Below are positions 51,691 through 64,000 of a stretch of 64,000 bases of DNA, one piece after another. Position 1 is the stretch's first letter, and each line of letters begins with the position of its first letter. The notes under the pieces were generated by a model. That model saw nothing but the letters and a program-made list of their open reading frames with translations. It was not told the origin of the DNA and made no database searches. The translations under genes and the position numbers were made by a program. The stretch is from Marsupella aquatica (lineage: Eukaryota > Plantae > Marchantiophyta), in assembly GCA_973895155.1 (NCBI GenBank), contig OZ316895.1, positions 10,218,184 through 10,282,183 of the forward strand, in the 5' to 3' direction.

Positions 51691-53071
51691 AGAAAAGACA
51701 CTGGTCCCGCTTACTTACAGTAGGCATACCGAATACAAAATGAGAGGTGCTTGATTGGATTGCAAGAACAGTATGCTGAATATAAAGATTTCAGTACACC
51801 GTCCACCTTCAAGATGGTACACTTCGTTAATACAATGACCAAGGTTACTTGTTGCCCTGCAAGAGCGACAGATGTTCACAAGAACGCTTTGTCCATTAGT
51901 TCAGCTGCACTTCAACGTAAATATGCATATTAGGGAAATGCCCAGTTCCAGCAAGTTGAGCGGAAGCGGCAGATATCTTACAGCCTCTCCAAGTCGGCCA
52001 TCTCATAGCGCAGACTGGAAAGTTGAACTTTAACCCAAAGAGCTAGATTCACCAAAATTGAGCAATCCTAGAGTGCGCGTAGATATGAGGCTAAGTATGG
52101 TATTCCTCCCACTGGCACAGCGCGTGGAATCCCGAAGTGACCATTGGCTGGAGAGGCACCAAACTTACATGACCTATTCTCCAAATTGGTGTGGACTGAG
52201 TTCATTGAACAATATACACTTACCACATTCGACAAAGCAAGTCACATTATCCCAAGAATTTATCGATAGGTCAGTTTCGCGCTTTCAGCGTAACTGAAGT
52301 TTAGCTAAAGGCTTTGGACAGTGAAGTCACACTCTGCTCGCTGAAGTTATGCTGAAGCCTTTCAGACTTTCCACTTCAACTTACTATCTTAAGCTTGACT
52401 GGCAGACGACCCAAAGCTCCGAATGCTAGAACATTCACTACCACTTTAACCGAGACAATGAAAGAGTCAACCGTATATAACAGGCCAGCCCCGATCATGA
52501 ATTGACTAGACGATGATGCTTGCTTCAACCATTTATACTGAAAAGGAGAAACAAATCGTTCACTAAGTAGGGCGCCGTCTGATTCATTAAGGCTAACAAC
52601 ACCGAATTCACTTGAAATAAACTAGGGCACTGATGCTCTCTGCCCATCGCTTGATTCCTAACTTCCTCCCTCCTACAACCGAGATATACGAACCACTGGC
52701 GCAGTAACACACATTGAAGTTCTGACTTGCAGTCTACGAATTGACCATCTTGGTTAGAGCTTAAAGTGCACTTCCAAGTTTCATCAGAAATGTTCAGTGT
52801 GGAAAAACTTTGGCTTCGGCCAGTGTGTTCTCTGAGTTGAAAATTGAATTTGACCTCTGCATTAGGGCAGTAGAAGCTGCCAGTCTCAAACCTGCTTTTC
52901 GCCGTGACAACAGGCTATCATTGACTCGTGAAATTTCCCAGTGTGTCGTCATCCAAATGATTGAAGGAATGAACATTTGCAGCTCCAAACCCATCCTTGC
53001 AACCAGTATCTCTGCAAACAACCTGCGACAATCCGAAATTTTGCTGTCCTCAGCACGACTCGTCCTTGCTT

Positions 53072-53607
53072 TTAAGCTGTAGCTGCAGCCTCTGATGGGG
53101 TTCGTGCCACTATCGAAAGAGCATGCAGTCCCGCCTTCAGTTCTTCCTGCAGAATATGGTAAACTGATCGATGTCGTTGCAGGTGGTTTTGACCTTCGAA
53201 TGCAGAGGAGACAATTCTCACACTGCAAGCCATGGAAACGGTTTGTCAAAAGTTGACCTTTATCCATACCTTAATTTTCTCAAGTTCCACATAACCCACG
53301 TGACGACAACCTCGTCCGAGAAGGACCAGACAACAAGCCAGAGGAGCTTTAATACGTCAACTCGGAACGGCTCCGGTCCACGGAAATTGACAGAAAACCA
53401 ACTAGACGTAGCTGCAGTTCTAAATTAACTGCGCATAGATAACTTGTTCAGATCAAGAATAAACACTGACTTGAAGTGGGTTTTGCCAGCTCCAAGTTGA
53501 ACTCCAGCAACGTGCTCGACCGAAACATCCTCAACCTCCAAGTTGACGGGATTCAGTGCTTTGGTAAGCTGCTTGGAGACAAGAAAATCCGTTTGTGAGG
53601 AAAAATG
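53072..53607 (-). other. BolA domain (BolA1/SUFE1-C-terminal type), encoded by two exons
   Basis: Hallmark BolA motifs EDVSxxH, THFN, IVSxxFEG, RHRxVY and GLHALSIxAxTP. A phase-2 intron spans 53470-53223. Confidence 0.92.
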
Positions 53608-55313
53608 CTGCGACATCAAGACACCATTTGAAAGGCCCAGTTCGACAAAACAATTATCCTCATTATGGGGATCACACAATCATGTACAATCCCTAACATA
53701 TAATACAAACACTGCAACACCAGTATACTTCACACGAATACATAAAAAGACCTGCGCTATTCTAGTTGATTGTGAATCCAATGGTGCCACCAGACACAAG
53801 ACCAACGGATTCATGAACTTCACGGCATGCGAGACAGGGGTTGTGAGTAAAGGAAGGCATAGAATAAGTGGCATGGCTAAGACCATCAAGAAAGGAAAAT
53901 GTGTGCCAACAAGCGCAGCGTAACAATAGGTGTGGGAGTTTTCAATCAACTGTGAGAACAGGGGAATAAGGGAAAAGCACATGAAAGACGGACTCCAGGA
54001 TCAGCTGCACCAAAGAAAAAATCAATCGAGTGCACATAGCATACTCAAATGTGGGTACGAGAAAAACGCCCACCCTCGTGTGACGATCGGGATAAGAATT
54101 GCGACATACAGGCAATTATCCCACACTTAGAACGACCTCAACTACCTTTTGATGGATGACGTCCCGCCCAGGAAAAGCCGTCACAGCTGGAGAGAGACAC
54201 CACCTACACTGGAATCCCACAGAACGGATCGACTAGCCATGTTAGAGCCTACAACAACAGATGCAAGAGCTTGTGAAGGGAGAAAAGAAGATAAACAGAG
54301 GCCAGAAATAAGTACATAGGACAAAGAAAGAGAAAAGGCTGATGTATGCAAACCTGGTCGGAGTCCAAGGTGGACGGAGACAAACGGGGTCGTTTCCTCG
54401 TGGTGTTGGAGATAAGCTCTCGGAGCATTTGCATGCGCTCTACCTCCAGCTTGGCCATGGCATTCACAAAATTGCTGAAGCTGGCGGCGAGATCTTTCAC
54501 GGGGCTGCGAACAGACACATTACGTCTCCTCTTGCGAGTGGACTTCCCTGAAACCTCAGGTACATTTTGCATGCATCGAGTGCCACAACCGCCCGTCGAG
54601 CCCTGCTTCCGATCTTTGCCAGGAGGAGTTTCCATGAAGCTGCTCGCCCTCTCACTGGAGATTTGGCTCTCTGTCAGAGTTCTCATTTTGCTATCATCCC
54701 CGATGCCTAAGGGAACGATGATCCCCAGATGATTGCCTCCTACTCCTCCTAGTAGCCCTCCTCCGCCTCCCTGCCCTTCGCCCTCACACTCTTTATCACC
54801 ATTGGAGATGGGGCACTCGAGTCCCGTCGCTCCTAAACCTAATGCAAGGGCAGCAGCAGCTCCTCCTTCGGCCTCTTCGATCAATCCTCCGGCCTGCTTC
54901 GGAGCCTTCCCAATGATGTCATGAAGGCGCTGGAACCAGGGCCAATCGCTAGCCACCTCGCCCGCCTCGTTCTTCTTCTCCTTCTCCAGCTTGTACCGCT
55001 TCTTGAGATTTTCAATCTTGTTCTTACACTGCAGGAAGGTTTTCCGCTCGCCTTGCCACTGATACCGCTCGTCCATGTTGGTGGCTACTTGCTCCCAGTC
55101 CTTCACCCTCAGGTTGCCGAAACTCACTCCTCGCCACTTCTGCTCGTAGAGCTCTAGCAGCAATTCGACCGCTCTATCGGTCCACTCGTTGCCATCCTTT
55201 TTCTTTTCACTCTTCACCACCCCTTCCTTCATGCTTCCTCCTTCCTTTCCTAAACCCATCGCTGCTCCACCCGACGGAGTCATCGGTAGCGCTACTCTCC
55301 CTCCTCCCCCCAT
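53072..55313 (-). CDS. Trihelix (Myb/SANT-like) transcription factor fused to a C-terminal BolA domain, 3 exons, ~415 aa
   Basis: Exon 1 (55313-54354) has WTDRAVELLLELYEQKW..LRVKDWEQVA..KTFLQCKNKIENLKKRYK..WPWFQRL and the coiled coil LAASFSNFVNAMAKLEVERMQML, ending CAG|GT in phase 0. Exon 2 (53607-53471, phase-0 acceptor) and exon 3 (53222-53072) give LTKALNPVNLEVEDVSVEH..THFNVRIVSSAFEG..RHRSVY..EELKAGLHALSIVARTP. Confidence 0.8.
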
Positions 55314-56118
55314 TCCCTACACCTCCCTAGCCTTCCCTTCTTCGTTCTCCTCTCCTCTCCTCTCTTCTCCTCTCCTCTTCGCCCGCTCGCCGCTCGCGGA
55401 ATTTGGATCCCCTCCTCCTCCACCTCCCTTCTTGCAGGAGAAATTAACTTCCTCGGCTTCTTTGGACTCTTCTTCGAGTCGAATTCCCGTCCTCTATCCT
55501 TTCTCCCTGCTACCCTCTCTCTAATAAAAATACAAATCACTCTCTGTTCCTTGACCCTCCTCCACTTTTCCCTACAAAACTCGTCCTCCCTCAACCCCTT
55601 CCCTTCCTTCCTCTTCGGATCTTGCTGCCTCACCCTCTCCAACCTCCCACTCTCCCCGCGCCCTACTACTTCCACAAGGATCAGGATCGGGCAGGCGGGG
55701 AATGGGATCCCCACCACGACACAGTCACTAGTAGTACTGGGTGGCACAACACTACTGCCACGAGAAAAATGTAAGAGAGGAGGAAGAGAAGGAGGGCGAG
55801 CAAAAACAGGAAGATGCACGCTCACGGGACGAGTATGGAGACGATCACCACCACTGCCCGAGTTCTTTCGCGGCTCTGTTTGTTCTTTCTACGCCCCACT
55901 CCTCCTGTTGGGGTCCCGATTGTTCGTTCGTTCCCAGATCCTTCCCAAATCGGAGCGGAATGTGGAGGGGAGAAGGGAACACGGGGAGGAGGGGCAGACA
56001 CAGAGAGAAACAGGAGACAGAGACAGAGAAAGGGAGGAAACAAAAACAACGTCCTGTAGCGATGAGACGGTCATCATGATGCCCCACTTTCCTTTCTTTC
56101 CTTCTTTCTTTTCTTTCG

Positions 56119-56122
<4 letters not shown>

Positions 56123-56155
<33 letters not shown>
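56123..56155. repeat. (TC)16 / GAGA microsatellite upstream of the trihelix-BolA gene
   Basis: A pure TC run. GA repeats are known BBR/BPC binding sites in plant promoters. Confidence 0.85.
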
Positions 56156-56161
<6 letters not shown>

Positions 56162-59100
56162 TCGTTACACCACTGCGATCGTTCGTACAAGAACAGTACC
56201 ACTGTATAGCGGCCTGGATAAATACAGTACGTTTTCTCCCATCACATACGATATGATACGGTACTGCGGCTCTTCGTGTGTACCGCTCCTCGGCGTCTCT
56301 CGCACAGTCGCGGCGCGCGGCCAGCGAGCCAGGCTTTGGTCGGCCCCGGCCGGGCCCCACTTTCCGGGGCAGACCGCAGTTAGTGTGGTGCGGCGGTACT
56401 GCCTCGGCGGTCGGGCAATGCTTGCGTCCCTTGCACCACGGTGACGCCCCGTCTGTGTCCCAGTCTCATCTGGTCCTTTGCGTTCCTTAGTTATTATTAG
56501 TTTTAAAGGGCCACTCGATGGGACGCTACTATTTCATGAGTCCTTGAATCGATGCTCATAGACAAGAAGTAGAAAATAGAATTCATATGGAAGCAAACTA
56601 CGGAGTTAGTCATAGCAACGCCATGAATTTATATACACTGCCAACAAGCTCGCTTTCTCATCTGGTCCTTATTTTAAAAAGAAAGCCGTTTTATTGCAAA
56701 CTACTCAAAAAAACACTGGACCTACCACAGGTCAGTGACTTGGGAGTGCTCTGGTTACAAGAAGACCGAACAACTAGTCCTCACGCCCATCCTCCCTCAC
56801 CCTCCTCCTCGGTTACCATGCAAAGTCCTTCACCCTTGCTCATGGTATCCGCCCCTGCATTGTATTTCCCTTTATATTCTTGAATATGGTAATAAAATTT
56901 TGGAACTGTATCCTCAGATATAGGTTTGCTGAGTCAGTAGTTCAATAAGCCCAGATTGGATCCTTGTACTATAAGTAGCAAGTTGTCACTTGCAGGCATC
57001 CCATTGGATCCCATTTGGGCATTTGGAAGCATTATTTTGCTTAAACACTTGTTTGAAATGAGAGGCACTTCAGGAGGAGGTATAGAATGAGAAAGCCACC
57101 ATTTGACAAATTCATGATGCAAATTGCACTAAAGATGACTTTTTCATCCAAAAAGAGAGCAAGGGTTCTTGAGTTGTCTTCAATCCAGAACATCAGCTTT
57201 TTGTAAAATTGGGAGTTTCAATTAATGTCTTGAATGATGATAAGCATTTGCTCTTAGGTCTGAAGTCACAATAACTTAGGAATATTCCTAAGTTTGGTGC
57301 CCAAAACCCCAAAATTTTATATAATTTTCAAAATTGAATTAAAACACCCCTAATGTTCTTTAACAAAAAAATTTGAAGTCTTCTATGTTGAGCATTGATG
57401 ACATTCACAGCAGCATGCCCATAATCATCCAACGATCAAGTAATTGATACAAAGAGAAATGTGGTTCATCTCCACGTGAGGCTACGTCCACGAAAACACA
57501 TAAAAGCTAAACTGCACTCAAGGCGACCGGCCATACCAAGCTTCCACAACACAAGCTTTCACTATTTCTCAACTGGCTTCGTAACAATAAGCCTAAGTTC
57601 TCACTATCCAAGCAAATATCGTTTGGGTTATAGTGTGTGTGCACACCATGACTAACCTAGCCTAGTCTGCGACTAAGGTTAGCCCTAACTGCGGTACAAT
57701 CATAACTCTAGACCTAAGAGTTAATCCTAACATTCTGAACTGTCCAATTGAAATAAAACCTAACTTATTTGTGCCCCAGGGTACCTCAATTCTAAAGCTT
57801 CCAAAGACCCCAATGTTTGACATGATGCTCAGATGGACCACTAAAGCCTGGATTTGACCATCTTCAAACATTTTAGATAGGACCTTTCCCTTTGTATATG
57901 CTCACATATTTGGGTTTCAACAAATGTATGGTTCATACATTGTACATGCAAACATGAACACCTTATACCTCTGGTTAGGTATAGTATCTTTTTCCTACAT
58001 TCTCAGTGACAGTAACCTCAGGGTGAGATATATAAATTTCAACATGTTTGAAGGTTGACTATACCTTTAGAATGCAGATTTGTGTCGCCTCATTCACTTG
58101 AAGTAGTGCCCAATAATTCCTAAGAAAACTATTATTTCACCCAAACAAAGGGATTAATTTTATGAACCTTACTTTGTAACACATGAAACAAATGTTGACC
58201 CCTGTTAATTGGCTAGGACTCACACAAGGAGTTTTTAAATTTCACTTTCACTAAACTTACATCAAGGATAAGTCTGCTAATTTGACACTCTTTGCAATGT
58301 AAGCTCTCATTGCCTGTAGAAAAGAAAGGTTTGCAGTGCCTTCCTAGTTTTGACATTCTTAGTATATTTTAGCATGGTGTCATTGAAAGATGTCTTTACC
58401 AACAAAATTACACTATCGATCATATCTAGTCCTGACTAATAAATAGTGTTGACCTAATTTACACTCGGGAACACTAATATTGCCACTAACTTGGGGTGTA
58501 TTGGAAAGTTCACCCAATGTACAGTAGGGTTACATTTACAAATGATGCAAATTTGTGCAAATTTGTGGTAATTGTGTGTAATTGAGACTAATGTGTTGGG
58601 GATACACTCAGGGTAAGACTATTGCAAGGATACTCTATGCTTTACTACAGTTCATTTCACGAAATATATATTAAGATTCCAAAACCCTCTCACTTCTGGT
58701 GATTAGATCATGTTGGTTGTCTGGTTGCATCACCACCGGCCATATAAAAGGAGAAGAGTCCAAGACAAGGAGAAGAGTCCAAGACTTCTCCCTTTTTTCA
58801 CATTCTTGTACTCTGCCGTGAAACTTTGCTCCAATTTCAAGAAAGTACTAAAAGTGGTGAAACCTAGTGGATCCAGGTTTTGACATGGACAGTGGTGCTT
58901 TACCCAGCACAGTTCATGGATTCCAAGAGGCTTGCACTCTGGTGATTAGATCATATTAGTTGTCCAGTTTCATTAAATTGCACAGTTCATAATGCTCTTC
59001 CGTAACTAAAATGATGTTAGTTGTCCAATTTCCTTAAACTGCACAGTTCATAATGCTCTTCTTTAACTTAAAGACTTTCCTGACTTTTCTCTTTGTATAT

Positions 59101-61689
59101 TTGAGTGCATTAATTCTCCATAATGCACCCCTTTTTTGAGGAGGGGATTATACAAAACATCATAAATATAGTAAAAGTAAAAATTAAATATAGTTTTACC
59201 ATACAAAAAAATAAATTAAATTTAGTCAAGATCTCAAGATGATAACCAAATTTTATATGGTGATATTAACAAAATATCTATGAATAAAAGCTAATATAAC
59301 TAAAGAAGGTATATTTTTGGTCAATTCCATAGCAACCACTTCTTAGATGACCTTTTAATTTGAATTTTCTATTTCAAGGATTCACTTGTTTTTGTTTGTT
59401 ACCGAAAAGTCACTCAAGTTTAATGTACTAGTTACAGGCATTATGAGAATAATGTCCTCAAAACTCGAGCTACTGTCCTCATTTTTCAGGGCATTATATC
59501 CCACAACGCCCTCTAACCAGGACATTATCCTATTCAAAAATGATCTGATTTGTGGGTCTACCCACAATACATGGAGTTCCGAGCCTGAATGCCCCAGCTT
59601 GCTCCCAAATAGTTTTCCACTTTGAGCATCCTAGTCACCTCCTCTCATGAGTACGTCGATGGCCCTGAATGATTTAACCCTTCCATGGTTACACCCCTCA
59701 ATCGTTTCCTCCCCTTCCACACTATTGTTACTTGAGCTTTTTACTAGTATAGATACCAAGACTACAGTGGGTATCACTAGATTGACAGAGGTCCTTAATT
59801 CTCTTCAGTTATGACATTGCTGTACCTGGGCGAGAGATTTAATTCATTGTCACAATAGCCCTAAAGTTTATCCGCTCGTTGCTCTTGAAAGTCCTCTAGA
59901 TGCGTAGTCCTCAGTAAATTAGTTCTAATCTATAATATTACTCTCCCTATTACCCACGATTTATGCTTGAAATAGGCAACTATCGCCACTTAGAAACTTT
60001 GCACTAGCACTTCCAAAACAAATGTAAAGCATAATCAAATCAGACATCTACTTCTCTATTGTTGCTATTTACTTCAGTCATTCTATGAAATGAACAAATG
60101 AAAAAGCAAGGACCACATCTCAAACGATGGATTTCCTCATATTAGTGGTGGCAAGAACGACAGGGGTACTTTGAGAAGACCGATTTGAGACAGTACCAGG
60201 TAAAACAGTCGAGAATAGGAAACAATTATACCACAAGTGCCCGTGAAAAACTCATGTGATCTAGTAGGCCCCAGGCCAGGTTTTATCCATAAAATGATAG
60301 AAAATTCGATAATGAGAGGCTCACGTTGGAAGAAATTCCTGAGCCTGGACACCAAAGCCATGTCGACATCAAACCAACAGAACTCTGAAGTTCTAATTTA
60401 GGTCTCTACATCAAAGGTGCTCACTGTCTCCAAGTATCTACAGAAACCCACAGAAACATCTGTCTTGGCTGAAAATTAGCAACATCTCAGCCTTCTGATT
60501 GACGCGCCTGCTATGTACAAGTTTCTGTCTCTCTATCATTTCCAATGGCCACGTCACAGTCTATGAAGAACTCAACCTACTATAACGCCACTTGGCATCA
60601 AGACAGCATTTGTGTGATCATGGGCCGTCCAATATCTATATTTCTCATCGGCTAATCTACAGAATGCTGGAGTGCAAAACTAGGCATAATCTTGTATCGG
60701 AAGCTCTCCACAACCAAAGACGTCAAAGGGACATACTTGCAGCACAAAGTGGTTCATGGAGGGCCGTTCCTGGAGATTCCTTAGTACAAGATCCCCATTC
60801 TTTGGTCTTGGCTGACAAGGTACTTCACGTAACAGTTCCTGAGGTTTGACCTTCCTAAAGACAGCCCCCACATTGATTACAATAATAAAGCTTAGCGTAG
60901 AGGATCAATTCCTGAAGTCAAAGTTCTTCCATCTTGACACCTCCTCAGTATGGCTAGCACCGATCAGATTTTGAAGATCCGTCGTCTCCTGTTCTAAAGC
61001 TTAACTGGTCACACTTTGATGGTCAACCAACCTGCCACCTGAAGAATAAAACCCAGGCATTTGAAAACTCACGAATAAGTTTGTATCCGCAAGTAGGAGT
61101 GCAGTGAGAGACTACAAGAAGAATACCAACGGAGCTGCATATGGAAAAGGAAGGGACCAACTGAATTCTTTTTTCAGCTCTTTGTGCCCAGAAAAGACTG
61201 GAAAAAAGTAGGCTCTCTTTAATCTCATGTCACCACTACTCAAACACAAAGAGGGACGAAGAGAAAATCTTCAGTGGAAGGTTGCAAATCTGTCCATACA
61301 TGTCATTGATGTGGAAGAACCTTCGGTGCGAGAATTGAACTATAGTACATGGGGATTGGACTTGGTTTGAACCTATGAACGTACTGTTCTAGAATAGGAT
61401 GTTACCAAGTCTGCAGGGCAAGAACTAGGACTGGGCTCCTCGGGTGCTCCTCGGGTGCTCCTATTCTCTACAAGTGTATAACATGAAATTGAATTCAACA
61501 TAGCACAGTGGCGTTGGAAACATCTATTCCCAAGAACCCAGACCTCGCGTGCGCAAAGTATGTGTCCTACAACAAACCTGATTTGCTTAGCAACTCTGGA
61601 CCAAACTTACAGAACCAAAAAGGACGGTTCTCTTCGTGACTTTGTTACATGAGATTGTATTTACTACTGATCTCTTCTATGTAACTTTA

Positions 61690-64000
61690 TTACTGTGAGG
61701 TACTATACCGAAGGTGCTGCTCGTAGAAATCAATTAACTGCGCACAAAAACCAGAACGACCATCAGCATCGGTTCTACTTGAGCATTGACTCGTAGAAAT
61801 TAAGAAGCTGCACCACGCAACAAAGCCAACCATCAGGTGAAATCCTCATTAGCAATATCTATCCAAGGCTGCTCAAAAGTAAATTGTCTTCAGAAATGCT
61901 TCTAAAACACATTCAGTTGGAACGCATCAGCTTCGTAAGGACTGTGCACTTCCCAATACCAAAACGTTATTCAGTTCATAGTCTCCATACATTCTCATAA
62001 AAAAGATAAAGCTGTATCGTGAAGTCAATATATGGCGGTGACTCTTGCGCTCCCCTACCCTAGAAGCTAGTTAATCCACGGCTTGTTGTGGTAAAGTTGT
62101 GGGGAAGACAATGCAGCACCCTTCTTCCCATCATGATAAGTCAGTTACATAGGAAATCCTTCATTTAAGGGTTTACAGGGGAAACGCTAACGATCGTCTC
62201 CCATGAATGTGAGGACAGGAAATTTAGGAACCTGTTTAGCAGGAACTATGGCAACCGTAGCTTCGACTTAACTCCTCAGGAAGTTTCCAAAAACAACATT
62301 ACTCAGCTTTGAATTCATCACGTGACCTTTCAAAATGGGGAGAGTCAGGCCGAGAAGCTTCGATATAGATCCTTACCAAGAGAGGGTAGCTGTCTCGCAT
62401 AAACTTGTTATCGACGACGACTTCTATGCCGTCCGATCTGGTCCCCGAAATTATACAAGGCGTAATTTAGAGTGACAAGAAGAAGGAGAACTTAGTATTT
62501 AGATACGAACAAAATACTACGTAAGACCGAATATCAACGGTCAAATCTGGGGGACCCTGATCGATTGAGACAACAACCGAAAGCACACACACAATGCAGA
62601 CACCAGAACATAGTGCAATGCCAATAACGTCAAAGCACAAAGTGATATTTTGCCACGCAATAAAACTGCAAACTCAACACTGCCTGTGTATTGACCATGC
62701 TGTCCTGACAAAACAAATCTACTCTCAACAAATCCTTGCATCATAAAACTCATTGAACACAATACAGAAGAAGAAAGGCATGGATTTGAAGGACAAGGCA
62801 AAGAAACCTAATTGAAGACCAAACCGTGAAATGAAGAGCATAACCGGTTGGATTATTTACAGTAGATTGGAAGGCGAACTACCTTGTAGCACAGAATGTT
62901 GTGATTTCATATGTAGGAGAGCCTTATTAAGCAAAACCTTACCTTGAAGCCTTAAAGAGCACCAGAACTTCTTGTCTTCCGTTGTTGGTTTGGTTGCTGT
63001 AGCTAATAGCCTTATTGATTTGAGTGATATAAGTTACAGTGGATGGCACTCTATTATTGGCGTTCCATCCCGGCGATGACGATACTGGCCTCTCAGCGCC
63101 TTCTGACTCGGGTGATGTACACCTGCATTCATGCTGACCTTGACCTTCTTTCCCACTTGGGGAAGTAGCACCTTTCCCATCTTGTTCAGCATTACTTATC
63201 TCTGCTAATTGTTTGTCCTCGGTCGAACTCTGTTTGGGTTCCTGCGACTCCAGCGTCTGCCTTACTCGTTTCACAACCCCACTTTTACGCTTCTTTGCAC
63301 CTGTGTAGCGATCCATGGCACTGAGCTTACCCTGCTCCTCGCCTCCACCATCGGATTTGGCAATGTTTATATGCCCCACTAGCTCTGATTGCTTCTCAGT
63401 ATTTTCATCCGTGCATATTGCGTTCTTCGACATTGCAATCTCTTCGAGTTCCTCAACTCCTTTGCTAAAGGCTGTTTCATGAGTATCGGCTTCTGTTCCA
63501 ATTGATCCTTTCGACTTCTCCACCTTTCCTGTCTGCTCGTTTCCACTTTCTCCCTCTCTGTCAGCGTGATTAACCCCTACATTCAAGGCACCCAGCTTAT
63601 CCGTAGTGGAATCGACCGCATTTCCATTCTCCTCTCTAGCAGAAATTGTATGAGTCGAGGTAGATTTACCACCTTTCTCGCCATCCAAATTCCTTTCTTG
63701 TTGCATCTCGACGTCCGAAATACCAGCACCCGCTTGCTCACCGCCCTTGGCCTGAACTTTACATGCGGCTCCGTTAGCAGTAGAGGGCTCCAAAACTTGG
63801 TCCTTAGATATCTCACCAATATCGGAGAACACTGCCCTTCCCTCGTCCGTATCGGCGTTTTTATCAGAACTCCCTGCCACGTCTCCGTTGAATGAAGTGG
63901 ACGATCTTTTTTTCCTTTCACTTCGACGCTCTTCTATGGAACCAACCTTCAACTTCGACTCGCTTTCCTGGGACTTCTTTGATGACTTGACGTTTTTCGC
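61690..64000 (-). CDS. LHP1: LIKE HETEROCHROMATIN PROTEIN 1, 3' part (hinge and chromo shadow domain); 5' end lies beyond the window
   Basis: The frame is open from 64000 to 62943 (RYTGAKKRKSGVVKR, ITQINKAISYS..QEVLVLFKASR). Exon 62437-62377 (SDGIEVVVDNKFMRDSYPLL) and exon 61737-61690 (LIDFYEQHLRYSTSQ*) complete the plant chromo shadow signature. Confidence 0.92.
61775..61807 (-). other. Paralogous alternative terminal exon of LHP1 (LLNFYESMLK*)
   Basis: Has its own CAG acceptor (61810-61808) and a CTGAT branch-like motif, is in phase 0, and lies 70 bp upstream of the canonical last exon. It shares ATTTCTACGAG with that exon. Confidence 0.65.

Noticed and set aside
51760-53070. Possible LRR-type pseudogene
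   Set aside because: No consistent frame or repeat motif on translation; more likely the long 3' UTR of the trihelix-BolA gene.
54249-54353. Hydrophobic C-terminal membrane anchor on the trihelix ORF
   Set aside because: It begins exactly at a CAG|GT donor and is U-rich intron read-through; it matters only if the intron is retained.
55189-56444. Long overlapping ORFs upstream of the trihelix gene (e.g. 297 aa)
   Set aside because: Low-complexity CT/GA-rich leader and promoter sequence that is poor in stop codons; no protein features.
56500-60100. Transposable element in AT-rich intergenic DNA
   Set aside because: Only short local duplications (58748-58785, 58957-59061); I recognised no TIR, LTR pair, reverse transcriptase or transposase motif.

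Overview
Eukaryotic nuclear DNA from a non-flowering land plant with flagellated sperm, most plausibly a bryophyte such as a liverwort (inferred from gene content, not verified). I assembled six spliced genes by hand from GT-AG boundaries and frame continuity: a GDSL lipase (+), lycopene epsilon-cyclase (-), a ~2660-aa eIF4G that keeps a C-terminal W2 domain (-), a 13-exon flagellar IQCD/DRC10-like gene that is almost invisible in the ORF track (+), a trihelix transcription factor that splices in frame onto a complete BolA domain (-), and the 3' end of LHP1 (-). An intronless ORF at 43.3 kb looks like a secreted, Tyr-sulfated signalling-peptide precursor. The 36-52 kb block is gene-poor, with decayed coding relics and many local tandem duplications. 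The best leads are the trihelix-BolA fusion with a possible poison exon, the PSK/RALF-like DY-peptide precursor, and tandemly duplicated alternative last exons of LHP1.
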